Positions 9,181 to 18,160 of a stretch of DNA of 64,000 nt are shown here, one piece after another. The notes below the pieces were generated by a model that was given only the letters and a program-made list of their open reading frames with translations, made no database searches and was not told the origin of the DNA. The translations under genes and the position numbers were made by a program. Numbering within the stretch: the stretch's first letter is position 1; every line of letters starts with the position of its first letter. Location of the stretch: the IMG/VR virus record IMGVR_UViG_2684623061_000001, positions 1,800 through 65,799 of that record, one strand, 5' to 3'. Source of the stretch: a virus (taxonomy: Duplodnaviria; Caudoviricetes).

Positions 9181-10025
9181 GCTACGAATTTCATCCGCTG
9201 TGTCAGGTCTTGCCTGACATGCCCAAGGGCCAGTTTCAGGAACTCGTGGCCGACGTCCGGGCGAACGGGCTGCTGCATCCGATCGTCCTTCTTGACGGGC
9301 AGATCCTGGACGGGCGGCACCGGTACCGCGCGTGCATCGAGTGCGGGATCGAGCCGCAGTTCACGCCGTTCGCTGGCACCGATCCGACGACGTTCGTGGT
9401 GAGTGAAAATCTGGCTCGGCGTCATCTGACCGAATCCCAGCGTGCGATGGTCGCATCCAGTTTGGCGCTGCTCCACCCGGGTCGACCGAAAAAAGCGCCG
9501 AATTCGGCTATTTATTCGGCGCCGAAAATTGAGGAAGCTGCGAGGCTGGTCGGAGTGTCGAATTCGTCCGTGCGGGAGGCCAATCGAGTCAAACGCGAAG
9601 GGGTTCCTGCGCTGGTGAAGAAGGTCGTCGCGGGCGACATCACTCTGCACGAGGCCCGTAAGATCGCCAAGCTCGGTGCGCCGGCACAAGCGAAGATCGT
9701 CGCGATCGATGATCGGCGCGAACGCCAGCGGGCGCTCGGGACCGCGCACAAACGCAGTGCCGGGCGGGCGGTGGCACCGCGAATCGACATGATGGAGGCG
9801 GTGCCGGGCACCGCGTACGTGCGCGACACCTTGCGTCGACTGGACCAAATCACCAATGAGCTGCTCGACGCGGAAGGTAGCGCGGAAGCGTTCGCGACCC
9901 GCTTTCTGAACGAGTTCGATTGGAATGAACCGATCTTGCGGCAGCGGCTCGACCACGCGCGTCGCGGGATCGACGCCGTCGCCAGGCTCCAGCAGGAACT
10001 GGAGCGGAGGTCGGCCGTCGCATGA
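9177..10025 (+). CDS. ParB N-terminal domain protein with HTH
   Basis: LVADVRANGLLHPIVLLDGQILDGRHRYRAC, ENLARRHLTESQRA. Confidence 0.85.
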   Translation: MSYEFHPLCQVLPDMPKGQFQELVADVRANGLLHPIVLLDGQILDGRHRYRACIECGIEPQFTPFAGTDPTTFVVSENLARRHLTESQRAMVASSLALLHPGRPKKAPNSAIYSAPKIEEAARLVGVSNSSVREANRVKREGVPALVKKVVAGDITLHEARKIAKLGAPAQAKIVAIDDRRERQRALGTAHKRSAGRAVAPRIDMMEAVPGTAYVRDTLRRLDQITNELLDAEGSAEAFATRFLNEFDWNEPILRQRLDHARRGIDAVARLQQELERRSAVA

Positions 10026-12304
10026 TGGATTTCAATGACGCCGAAGTGCGGGCGGAGCCGCCGGGGCCGCAGCGACCGTCGCGCGATGCGGTGCGCATGC
10101 TGTTGCTGCAACGCCTGGATGGCGTCCTCCAGGCGTTGTACCCGAACGGCCGTGCGCGCCGAGGGCAGTTCACCATCGGCGATGTCCACGGCGCGGCCGG
10201 CGACAGCTTGGAGATCGCCCTGAGCGGGGACAAGGCGGGACTGTGGAATGACCATGCCACCGGCGAGGGCGGCGACATCTTCGACCTGATCGCGGCGCAG
10301 GCCGGCTTGGATGCCCGGCACGACTTCGCTTCGGTGCTCGAACGTGCCTCCGAATTGGTGGGGCATGTGCCGACGCCCAGTACGGCGTCGGCGTCCAAGC
10401 GGCGCCCGTCGGAGCCGGCCGTGGACGACCTGGGGCCGCACACGGGGCGCTGGGACTACCTGAGTGCGGACGGCGACTTGATCGCGTGCGTGTACCGCTA
10501 TGACCCGCCCGAGGGCAAGCAGTATCGCCCGTGGGATGCGAAGCGGCGCAAGCACCAGGCGCCGACGCCCCGGCCGCTCTACAACCAGCCCGGCATGGCG
10601 GCGTCGAACGAGGTGGTCCTGGTCGAGGGCGAGAAATCGGCCGATGCGCTGATCGAGCGGGGGGTCTGCGCCACGACCTCGATGAACGGCGCGAACGCAC
10701 CGATCGACAAGACCGACTGGGCACCGCTGTGCGGTAAGCACGTGCTGATCTGGCCGGACAAAGACAAGCCCGGCTGGGAGTACGCGATGCAGGCGGCGCA
10801 GGCGGCGTTCAACGCCGGCGCCGACTCGTGCGCGCTGCTGCACTTGCCCGACCACCAGCCGCAGGGCTGGGACGCCGCCGATGCCGCCGAACACGGCTTC
10901 GACATCGATGGGTTCCTGCGCGCGGGCGAGCGCACGTTCCTGTCGCCCGGGAACGATGCCGCGCCGCCGAACATCGACTTCGACGGTCTGGACTGGAGCA
11001 GCGACGACGGCCTCGGCCTGGCGTTCACCCGTCGCTATGCCGATGACTGGCGCTACTGCGCGGCCTGGGGCCAGTGGCTGAGCTGGACCGGCACGCGCTG
11101 GAATCCAGATCGGACCCTGGTCTTGCAGCACCTGGTGCGCGGTGTCTGTCGTGCGGCGCAAGCGTTCGCCGACAAGCCGACGCAGCGTTCCAAACTGGCG
11201 TCGGCGTCGACCGTTGGCGGCGTTGAGCGCCTGGCCCGTAGCGATCCGCGCCATGCCTCCTGGGCAGAAGACTGGGACCGCGATCCGTGGGCGTTGAACA
11301 CGCCACAGGGCATTGTGGACCTGCGTGACGGGGAGCTGCGTCGCCATGCGCGTGGCGAGCACATGACCAAACTGACCACGGCCAGCCCGCAAGGGGACTG
11401 TCCGACCTGGCGAAGTTTCCTGGGCGACGTGACCGGCGGCGATGAGGCGTTGCAAGCGTACTTGCAACGCGTGGCCGGGTACTGCCTGACCGGTGTCACC
11501 ACCGAGCACGCGCTGTTCTTCTTGTACGGCACGGGCGCCAACGGCAAATCCGTGTTCGTGAACACCCTGGCCACGATCCTGGGCGACTACGCCACCAACG
11601 CGCCGATGGATACGTTCATGGAGAGCCGCGGCGAACGTCACCCGACTGAGCTGGCCGGACTGCGGGGCGCACGCTTCGTCGCCGCCGTGGAGACCGAAGA
11701 AGGCCGACGATGGAACGAGGCAAAGCTCAAGGCCATCACCGGCGGAGACAAGATCAGCGCGCGCTTCATGCGGCAGGACTTCTTCGAGTACATCCCGCAG
11801 TTCAAGTTGGTGGTCGCGGGCAACCACAAGCCGGCCATTCGCAACGTGGACGAAGCGATGAAGCGACGCCTGCACATGATCCCGTTCACCGTGACCATCC
11901 CGCCGGAGCGGCGCGACGGCCGGATGACGGAAAAGTTGCTGGTCGAGCGAGACGCCGTCATGGCCTGGGCCGTGCAGGGTTGCCTGGATTGGCAGCGCAT
12001 CGGGCTGCAGCCGCCGCAATGCGTGCTGGATGCCACCGACGAGTACTTCGAAGCCGAAGACGCACTGGGGCGTTGGACGGATGAGCGCTGCCAAGAACAT
12101 CCGCAGGCGCAAGCATTGGTCTCCGATCTGTTTGTCGACTGGAAAGACTGGGCACAGGCAAACGGCGAATTCGCCGGTTCGATCAAACGCTTCGCCGAGA
12201 TGCTGGAGTCGCGGAAGTTCGGGCGACGTCGCGGGGCGAAGGGGGCGCGGTACGTGATCGGCCTTAGTTTGCGGCCCAAAAGCTTCAGTCGATACGCGAC
12301 CTAA
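10022..12304 (+). CDS. P4-family primase-helicase (TOPRIM + D5/SF3 helicase)
   Basis: VEGEKSADAL and WPDKD TOPRIM motifs; GTGANGKS Walker A; LKAITGGD. Confidence 0.95.
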   Translation: MMDFNDAEVRAEPPGPQRPSRDAVRMLLLQRLDGVLQALYPNGRARRGQFTIGDVHGAAGDSLEIALSGDKAGLWNDHATGEGGDIFDLIAAQAGLDARHDFASVLERASELVGHVPTPSTASASKRRPSEPAVDDLGPHTGRWDYLSADGDLIACVYRYDPPEGKQYRPWDAKRRKHQAPTPRPLYNQPGMAASNEVVLVEGEKSADALIERGVCATTSMNGANAPIDKTDWAPLCGKHVLIWPDKDKPGWEYAMQAAQAAFNAGADSCALLHLPDHQPQGWDAADAAEHGFDIDGFLRAGERTFLSPGNDAAPPNIDFDGLDWSSDDGLGLAFTRRYADDWRYCAAWGQWLSWTGTRWNPDRTLVLQHLVRGVCRAAQAFADKPTQRSKLASASTVGGVERLARSDPRHASWAEDWDRDPWALNTPQGIVDLRDGELRRHARGEHMTKLTTASPQGDCPTWRSFLGDVTGGDEALQAYLQRVAGYCLTGVTTEHALFFLYGTGANGKSVFVNTLATILGDYATNAPMDTFMESRGERHPTELAGLRGARFVAAVETEEGRRWNEAKLKAITGGDKISARFMRQDFFEYIPQFKLVVAGNHKPAIRNVDEAMKRRLHMIPFTVTIPPERRDGRMTEKLLVERDAVMAWAVQGCLDWQRIGLQPPQCVLDATDEYFEAEDALGRWTDERCQEHPQAQALVSDLFVDWKDWAQANGEFAGSIKRFAEMLESRKFGRRRGAKGARYVIGLSLRPKSFSRYAT

Positions 12305-12325
12305 TCAAATCAACCACTTACCCGG

Positions 12326-12425
12326 CTGGGTGACGGATGTGACAGGTCTGCTAGTTACCCCTCACGTGTGCGCGCGCGCACACACATAAGGGATAACCGA
12401 CAATCGCGTCACATCCGTCACCCAG
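12326..12425. repeat. Nested palindrome, candidate replication origin
   Basis: Perfect 18-bp IR CTGGGTGACGGATGTGAC (12326-12343) / 12408-12425 around central palindrome GTGTGCGCGCGCGCACAC (12366-12383), directly after the primase. Confidence 0.7.
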
Positions 12426-12450
12426 TCATGAAATCGACAAGGAACGATTC

Positions 12451-12714
12451 ATGGATTTCACCACGTTGCTCGAACAACTCGTCACCGACTTCGAAGCCGA
12501 GATCGGCGTACTCCCACGCATTACGCCGATGGACGAGCTCTACGCTCACTACCGCCGTTGGTCGGACGAGCCTGGCTACCGAATCGCGGACCTTGCCGCC
12601 TTCGCACATCGGCTGGCCCGCGACGGGTTCATGCCCTGTCGGATGGCGGACGGCAGTTTGGCGTTTCTGGGATTGTCGCCGAAGGGCCCCATGGCGATCG
12701 GAGGCCGGGCATGA
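12451..12714 (+). CDS. Small hypothetical protein
   Basis: AAGGA RBS; ATGA overlap with the next gene. Confidence 0.55.
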   Translation: MDFTTLLEQLVTDFEAEIGVLPRITPMDELYAHYRRWSDEPGYRIADLAAFAHRLARDGFMPCRMADGSLAFLGLSPKGPMAIGGRA

Positions 12715-13235
12715 CCGCGCTCGCTTCGAATGCTGCGACCTCCCCGTCGCCGCAGGTTGCTCTGGACGCGCACGCCCCGCTGATCGTGGCATTGGATCTG
12801 GGTACGACGCTGGGCTGGGCGCTGCGCTTCTCCGGCCAGGCCATGAGCGGCACCGAGCACTTCAAGGTCGGCCGCTTCGAAGGCGGCGGCATGCGCTACC
12901 TGCGCTTCGTGCGTTGGCTCGATGAGCTGTGGCGCTTTGCCGGTCGGCCTTCGACGCTCTACTTCGAGGAGGTGCGCCGGCACCGCGGCGTCGATGCCGC
13001 GCACGTCTACGGCGGTTTCCTGGCGCAACTCACCGCCTGGTGCGAGCGCCACGGCGTTCCGTATCAGGGCGTGCCGGTCGGCACGATCAAGAAGTTCGCC
13101 ACCGGCAAGGGCAACGCCGACAAGGCGGCGATGATCGAAGCGGCGAAGCGATGGGGTCATCGGCCAGAGGACGATAACGAGGCCGATGCCCTCGCGCTGC
13201 TGCATTGGGCCATCGCGAAGGAGGCGAAGGCATGA
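12711..13235 (+). CDS. RuvC-like Holliday junction resolvase
   Basis: IVALDLGTTLGWA, YFEEV, IKKFATGKGNADK, DDNEADALA. Confidence 0.85.
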   Translation: MTALASNAATSPSPQVALDAHAPLIVALDLGTTLGWALRFSGQAMSGTEHFKVGRFEGGGMRYLRFVRWLDELWRFAGRPSTLYFEEVRRHRGVDAAHVYGGFLAQLTAWCERHGVPYQGVPVGTIKKFATGKGNADKAAMIEAAKRWGHRPEDDNEADALALLHWAIAKEAKA

Positions 13236-13441
13236 TCGTGTCCGAGTTCCAATACCGATCGCCGCTCGGGCGCTTCGTGCCGCAGACGCTGGACTTGGAT
13301 CGGCTCAAGCGCCAGGGCTGGCGCGAGCAGGGACTGCTCGTCGTGTCTGCCGAGGACACGCGTCTGGATTGGGTCGAGCGGCAGCTGCTGAGCCAGATTG
13401 CCGAGCGCCTCTACGGCAAGCGGGAGCAGGCGCATGGCTGA
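13232..13441 (+). CDS. Small conserved phage protein
   Basis: YRSPLGRF..DLDRLKRQGWREQGLLVVS; overlaps both neighbours. Confidence 0.7.
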   Translation: MIVSEFQYRSPLGRFVPQTLDLDRLKRQGWREQGLLVVSAEDTRLDWVERQLLSQIAERLYGKREQAHG

Positions 13442-13859
13442 GTGGACCGTGCAGAAGGTCGCCGATCAGTTCCAAGAAGCCGCCATCACGGCCCGCAGGT
13501 TGCCGACTGCGAAGGTGCAGGGTTATGCATCGTACTGGCCGGATATCCAACGACAGTCGTGGGAGGGCTATGCCGACGAACGCATCGTCCTGCGCTTTGC
13601 GGCGTCGCCGGCCGCCATCGATCGCTTCGGCGAGACCGTGCGTTGGTTGCGGTGGCTGGACGAGGAGCAACGTCGCCTGATCTGGCTGCGCGCCCAGCTG
13701 GTGCCCTGGCGTGAGGTCTGCGTGCGCACTGGGTTGATCCGCAAGACGGCCTGGCGTCGCTGGCAGCATGCACTGGTGCTGGTCGTGACACATCTCAATG
13801 GGCCGTTGCCGCGCTTTGCTCAGCCGTCGCCGGTGCTTTCGGAAGCGAAATCGAGATGA
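13434..13859 (+). CDS. DUF6362-like HTH protein (candidate late transcription regulator)
   Basis: WTVQKVADQFQEAA..RRLP..WLRWLDEEQRRLIWLRA..TAWRRW; last gene of the early operon. Confidence 0.75.
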   Translation: MAEWTVQKVADQFQEAAITARRLPTAKVQGYASYWPDIQRQSWEGYADERIVLRFAASPAAIDRFGETVRWLRWLDEEQRRLIWLRAQLVPWREVCVRTGLIRKTAWRRWQHALVLVVTHLNGPLPRFAQPSPVLSEAKSR

Positions 13860-13986
13860 CTTTGTGCCGTTGGGGGCGGTTGGGGGTGATTGGGGGCTAA
13901 TGCGAAAACCGGGGGTGTCCCAAAATCCCCGGTTTTACCCTAGCCTAGTCGGCATGCTGATCGTGGTGCGCCGGCAACGCGACGGA

Positions 13987-14217
13987 TCAGCAGTTCACTT
14001 CGAGGCCGAAATGGTGCAGGTGCTCGTCGGAGATGATCGGCACACCGTGACTTATCCAAACAAACGAAATTTCCACGGAAAATATAGTCTCGTACTCGGC
14101 CTTCACTTCCATCGTGCCGGCCAGGTCGTCCAGCGCAGCAACACCGAGCTCACCCAGTGGCACGGCGCTGAGGAGCCTGTTGCTATCTCGCTTTAGTGAG
14201 ATGACATGTCGGTTCAT
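13987..14217 (-). CDS. Small hypothetical protein (moron; paralog 3 of 3)
   Basis: 76 aa MNRHVISLKRD...FGLEVNC, similar in pattern to the two neighbours. Confidence 0.6.
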   Translation of the reverse strand: MNRHVISLKRDSNRLLSAVPLGELGVAALDDLAGTMEVKAEYETIFSVEISFVWISHGVPIISDEHLHHFGLEVNC

Positions 14218-14233
14218 GGCATCGCTTAGTGAA

Positions 14234-14488
14234 CTAGGAGTGCCAATCGCACAGTTCGGCATAGTCCAACGCCATCCCTCGGTCGGCGAGCTTTGCGTCG
14301 AGCCAGTGCGGCAATTCCGGCTTCTCGGTTTCAAAGCTGAGCGTGGCCTCGCCGGGCGCTCCTTTCAGGAGCTTGCAGTTCCAAACACCGGGGATGCGTT
14401 CGAGAGCGCATCGAGCTAACTCGCCGAGGTCACCGACCGAAGTCTCTTGGCCCTGCCTTCTTTTGACAACAACGAGATGCTTCTTCAT
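14234..14488 (-). CDS. Small hypothetical protein (moron; paralog 2 of 3)
   Basis: GGAGG RBS; 84 aa MKKHLVVVKRR... Confidence 0.65.
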   Translation of the reverse strand: MKKHLVVVKRRQGQETSVGDLGELARCALERIPGVWNCKLLKGAPGEATLSFETEKPELPHWLDAKLADRGMALDYAELCDWHS

Positions 14489-14722
14489 CGGTCGCCTCCT
14501 CCAGAGCGTCGACCCATCTTCTCGCCGCACGACGACCCTTTGGCTACCGCTGGTCGGCAGGTGAATCAGTAGTGTGCCTTTGATGAGCAGGCCAGTGCTT
14601 TGTAGCTGGGCAAGCCGATGCGCTGAAGGTGCGGCTTGCAGGGTCAATAACTGACTTTATGGCGTTCTTTGCGCGGTACGTCCTCGTGATGACTAGTTTG
14701 TGTTGTCTCATCGAGTACGTGC

Positions 14723-14989
14723 CTATTGTATCTGCGAAGGCTTACGAAAGACTTCGTTCTTCAACCAGACCAGCCCGAACTCGTCAAATACTTCCGGGGC
14801 AGTTCTCTCGGGATTTCGTCGCGACAGCCACTTATAGCTCAGCACGACTTGCGCATGTGATTCCTGTAGAACCGAAATGCTCCAAGCTAAACGCAATCTC
14901 GAAAACGCGGCCAGTGCTATGTCGCTGAGCGGAAAAAATTCTAAAGCTGGACCAGTCGCGCGTAATAAGGTGACTACGTATAGTTTCAT
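14723..14989 (-). CDS. Small hypothetical protein (moron; paralog 1 of 3)
   Basis: GGGAG RBS; 88 aa MKLYVVTLLRA... Confidence 0.6.
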   Translation of the reverse strand: MKLYVVTLLRATGPALEFFPLSDIALAAFSRLRLAWSISVLQESHAQVVLSYKWLSRRNPERTAPEVFDEFGLVWLKNEVFRKPSQIQ

Positions 14990-15228
14990 GCTCCCCCCGG
15001 ATCGGATCGAGGCCATCGACAACCGGCCGCGGTATTGTCCCCCAACCGAGTTGACTTGGGAGCCGCGAGTTAGCTTATCGACCCGGCGCAGCAAAGCTGC
15101 AGAAGCACCACGATGTAGCCTCTGCGGCGCTGCGCATCCCCTGCGTCTTGCTCGCGCCCCCTCCCCCGCGCCAAGCCGGACGACGGCCCACTGAGGGTCA
15201 CTCGCTGCGCCGTGTGGCCGAAAATCGC

Positions 15229-15282
15229 GGGTCCTTCCCACAGCATAAACCGCACGGGGGGCCAAGCCGCAAAACCCCGCTA
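15229..15282 (+). other. Candidate cos site (cosQ/cosN-like)
   Basis: GGGTCCT (identical to lambda cosQ) followed by ACG-GGGGGCCAAGC-CGC-N7-CGCTA, echoing lambda ACG-GGGCGGCGACCT-CGC-N7-CGCTA. Confidence 0.6.
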
Positions 15283-15342
15283 GCGTCAATCTTTTCATTC
15301 GGGTTTGCAGTCCCTGCAACCCGGTTCGCATCCGGACATCCC

Positions 15343-16599
15343 TTGAGCCTTCAGATCGAACAGCGCCCGATCGAGGCGCTCATTCCGTTTGCGCGGAACG
15401 CAAGAACGCACTCCGATGCGCAGGTCGCGCAGATTGCGGCCAGCATCGTGGAGTTCGGTTGGACGAATCCGATCCTGGTCGATGGCACCAACGGCATCAT
15501 CGCCGGCCACGGTCGACTGCTGGCGGCACGCCAACTGGGACTCGCGCAGGTGCCGGTGATCGAGCTGGCTCACCTGACCCCGGCGCAGAAGCGGGCGTAC
15601 GTCATCGCCGACAACCGACTGGCTGAGAACGCAGGGTGGGACGAGGAATTGCTGAAGCTGGAACTGGCCGAGCTGCGCGATGCCGAGTTCGACCTGGACC
15701 TGCTCGGCTTTACGGAAGACGAGCTGGACGACCTGCTCCTCGACGACCAGGCCGGATTGACCGACGACGACGAAATTCCCGAGGTGCAGGACCAGCCGAT
15801 CTCGCGCCGCGGCGATCTCTGGATCTGCGGCGGTCACAAGGTGCTATGCGGCGACGCCACCAGCGCCGATGACTACGCTGCGTTGCTTGGCGATGAGCTA
15901 GTGGACATGACGTTCACCGACCCGCCTTACAACGTCGACTACGCCAACAACCCCAAGGACAAGCTGCGCGGCAAGCATCGTCCGATCCTCAACGACAACC
16001 TCGGTTCCGACTTCGGCGCCTTCCTGCAGGCCGCCTGCCAGCAGATCCTGACGGCGACCAAGGGCGCGGTCTACATGGCCATGTCGTCGTCAGAATTGGA
16101 CCGCCTGCAAGATGCCTTCCGCGCAGCGGGCGGTCGCTGGTCCACCTTCATCATCTGGGCCAAGAACAAGTTCACGATGGGGCATGCCGACTACCAGCGG
16201 CAGTACGAGCCCATCCTCTACGGCTGGCGCGACGGCAATGATCGGTTCTGGTGCGGCGCGCGCGACCAGGGCGACGTCTGGTTCATCGACCGCACCAGCA
16301 AGAACGACCTGCACCCGACTATGAAGCCGGTAGCGCTGATGGAGCGGGCTATTCGCAACAGCAGCAAGTCCCGCGATCTGATCCTCGATCCGTTCGGCGG
16401 CTCCGGAACGACGATGGTCGCCTGCGAGAAGACTGGTCGCCGCGCGCGATTGATCGAACTCGATCCGAAGTACGTCGATGTCATTGTCCGCCGCTGGCAA
16501 GATCACACGGGCCAGGCGGCCACCAGGCAATCGGATGGAGTCGTGTTCGAGGACGCCGCGCGCAATGATGAGGCCGAAGCCAAGACCGAGCTCGCATGA
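15343..16599 (+). CDS. ParB-N fused N6/N4 DNA methyltransferase
   Basis: IIAGHGRL ParB motif, TDPPY, HPTMKP, DPFGGSGT; TTG start inferred. Confidence 0.92.
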   Translation: MSLQIEQRPIEALIPFARNARTHSDAQVAQIAASIVEFGWTNPILVDGTNGIIAGHGRLLAARQLGLAQVPVIELAHLTPAQKRAYVIADNRLAENAGWDEELLKLELAELRDAEFDLDLLGFTEDELDDLLLDDQAGLTDDDEIPEVQDQPISRRGDLWICGGHKVLCGDATSADDYAALLGDELVDMTFTDPPYNVDYANNPKDKLRGKHRPILNDNLGSDFGAFLQAACQQILTATKGAVYMAMSSSELDRLQDAFRAAGGRWSTFIIWAKNKFTMGHADYQRQYEPILYGWRDGNDRFWCGARDQGDVWFIDRTSKNDLHPTMKPVALMERAIRNSSKSRDLILDPFGGSGTTMVACEKTGRRARLIELDPKYVDVIVRRWQDHTGQAATRQSDGVVFEDAARNDEAEAKTELA

Positions 16600-17636
16600 C
16601 ACGGCCGGCGTACTACAACGAGAATGATCTCTACCTGTGCGGTTGGCTCCGTAATCTCATTGCGGCCGACCTGATTCCCCCGGGCGACGTTGATGACCGA
16701 GACATCCGATCTGTTTCCGCAGACGACCTGCGCGGCTACGGCCAATGCCATTTCTTCGCCGGAATCGGCGGCTTCGCCTACGCCTGCCGGCTCGCGGGCT
16801 GGCCGGACGGCAAGGAAATCTGGACAGGCGGCTTCCCCTGCCAGCCGTTCAGCGTTGCAGGCCGCCAGCGCGCTCAAGCGGACGACCGCCACCTCTGGCC
16901 GGAACTGCGCCGCCTTGTTGCATCGGCGCGACCCGCTCTTTTCCTGGGTGAGAACGTTGCTGGCCTCATCCCGCTGGGGCTCGACGGAGTTCTGTCTGAT
17001 CTGGAAGCCGAAGGCTACGCCAGCCGGGCGATTGTTGTTCCAGCTTGCGCCGTCAACGCCCCGCACCGACGCGACCGCGTCTGGATCGTCGGTCGCCGTT
17101 TGGCCGACTGTGGTGGCGAACGACGACAACAAGAGCCCGGCGGCGCACCTCGCGATGATGCGCCGGATGCCAGGCGGGCCTCGTCAGGCGATCACCAGCT
17201 TGCAAGTCGCGGCGAAAGCGGTCTGGCCGACGGCGACGGCGAACGACGCAGAGAAGCGCGGCGACTTTGCGGCCGAGCGACGCAATGGCCTGCCGGGAGT
17301 GGCGAAGGCGGTGTGGAGTACGCCTCGGACGAGCGACGGCGAGAAGGGCGGCCCCAATCAACAGTTCGGCAGTGGGTCGACCCGACCGCTGACGGCGCAG
17401 GCAGTCTGGGCGACACCGACGGTGCGCGATCACAAAGACGCATCGAGCATTGGCAGCGCACCGGAGAATGGGATGCTTGGCAGACAAGTCAAACCCTCGC
17501 CGGTCGCCGGGTACCTGAATCCGGAATTCGTCTTCTGGCTGATGGGATATCCGCCCGAATTCCTAAGCTGCGCGCCGCCGGCAATTCGATCGTTCCGCCG
17601 GTTGCCGCCGAAATCCTCCGCGCCCTGCGCGGCTGA
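16596..17636 (+). CDS. C5 cytosine DNA methyltransferase, alpha polypeptide
   Basis: FFAGIGG (I), GFPCQPFS (IV), ENV (VI), HRRDRVW (VIII), GNSIVP (X); motif IX absent from this frame. Confidence 0.88.
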   Translation: MTRPAYYNENDLYLCGWLRNLIAADLIPPGDVDDRDIRSVSADDLRGYGQCHFFAGIGGFAYACRLAGWPDGKEIWTGGFPCQPFSVAGRQRAQADDRHLWPELRRLVASARPALFLGENVAGLIPLGLDGVLSDLEAEGYASRAIVVPACAVNAPHRRDRVWIVGRRLADCGGERRQQEPGGAPRDDAPDARRASSGDHQLASRGESGLADGDGERRREARRLCGRATQWPAGSGEGGVEYASDERRREGRPQSTVRQWVDPTADGAGSLGDTDGARSQRRIEHWQRTGEWDAWQTSQTLAGRRVPESGIRLLADGISARIPKLRAAGNSIVPPVAAEILRALRG

Positions 17637-17679
17637 CGCTGCGCTCGGATACGAAGTTGACGAGGGGGCTCCGTCTTAG
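16693..17679 (+). CDS. C5 methyltransferase beta polypeptide in the overlapping +1 frame (TRD repeats + motif IX)
   Basis: Four W-x-T-x-x-x-x-D modules and LNPEFVFWLMGYP; start uncertain. Confidence 0.75.
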   Translation: MTETSDLFPQTTCAATANAISSPESAASPTPAGSRAGRTARKSGQAASPASRSALQAASALKRTTATSGRNCAALLHRRDPLFSWVRTLLASSRWGSTEFCLIWKPKATPAGRLLFQLAPSTPRTDATASGSSVAVWPTVVANDDNKSPAAHLAMMRRMPGGPRQAITSLQVAAKAVWPTATANDAEKRGDFAAERRNGLPGVAKAVWSTPRTSDGEKGGPNQQFGSGSTRPLTAQAVWATPTVRDHKDASSIGSAPENGMLGRQVKPSPVAGYLNPEFVFWLMGYPPEFLSCAPPAIRSFRRLPPKSSAPCAADAALGYEVDEGAPS

Positions 17680-17993
17680 TCAGCGGCCAGCCCGATGTAG
17701 CGGGCATACTTGTAGCCGTCCGTGCGCACGTATAGCGTCGCGCGGCCGGGCGACCGAATCTCCATAGCGTCGGTGAAGATGCCGCAGAAGTCGGCTAGCC
17801 AGTCGCGGCCGCGAAGCGGTTGCTTGGCAAATGCGTCGTACTCGTCGGCAGTCAGCTCCTTCACCTCGACGATGCGAGCGAACTCGGCCGGCACGTTGGT
17901 ATCGCGCAGTTCCCGTTGAACCCAGGACAGGCTCTCGGCCTTGCGTGCGAATCGGACCTTCTGGATGCGGGGCTTGATGTGCGTGGTGATCAT
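17676..17993 (-). CDS. Hypothetical phage protein (cassette 1)
   Basis: VRFARK...ELTADEYDAF...LYVRTDGYKYARYIG; downstream of the repeated motif. Confidence 0.75.
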   Translation of the reverse strand: MITTHIKPRIQKVRFARKAESLSWVQRELRDTNVPAEFARIVEVKELTADEYDAFAKQPLRGRDWLADFCGIFTDAMEIRSPGRATLYVRTDGYKYARYIGLAAD

Positions 17994-18020
17994 GATGGTC
18001 TTCCGCAGTGGGCGTGCCGA

Positions 18021-18051
18021 CATGAACGCTTCCTTCCCAATGGAAGCCAAG
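18021..18051 (-). promoter_or_regulatory. 31-bp repeated promoter-like motif, copy a
   Basis: RC = CTTGGCTTCCATTGGGAAGGAAGCGTTCATG. Confidence 0.8.
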
Positions 18052-18160
18052 TGGAACATCGCCATTTCGAGCGAAAACCCGAAGCCGTTAAGGTGTCAGA
18101 CGAGAACGACCGTTCTCAACAATGGGCGCTGGATACGTGCTAGCCGGCGCGCTGCGCCGG

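Noticed and set aside
9512-12112. 866-aa minus-strand ORF (also 26110-28695, 46374-49004, 48808-52791)
   Set aside because: Antisense shadows of well-supported GC-rich genes; no motifs of their own
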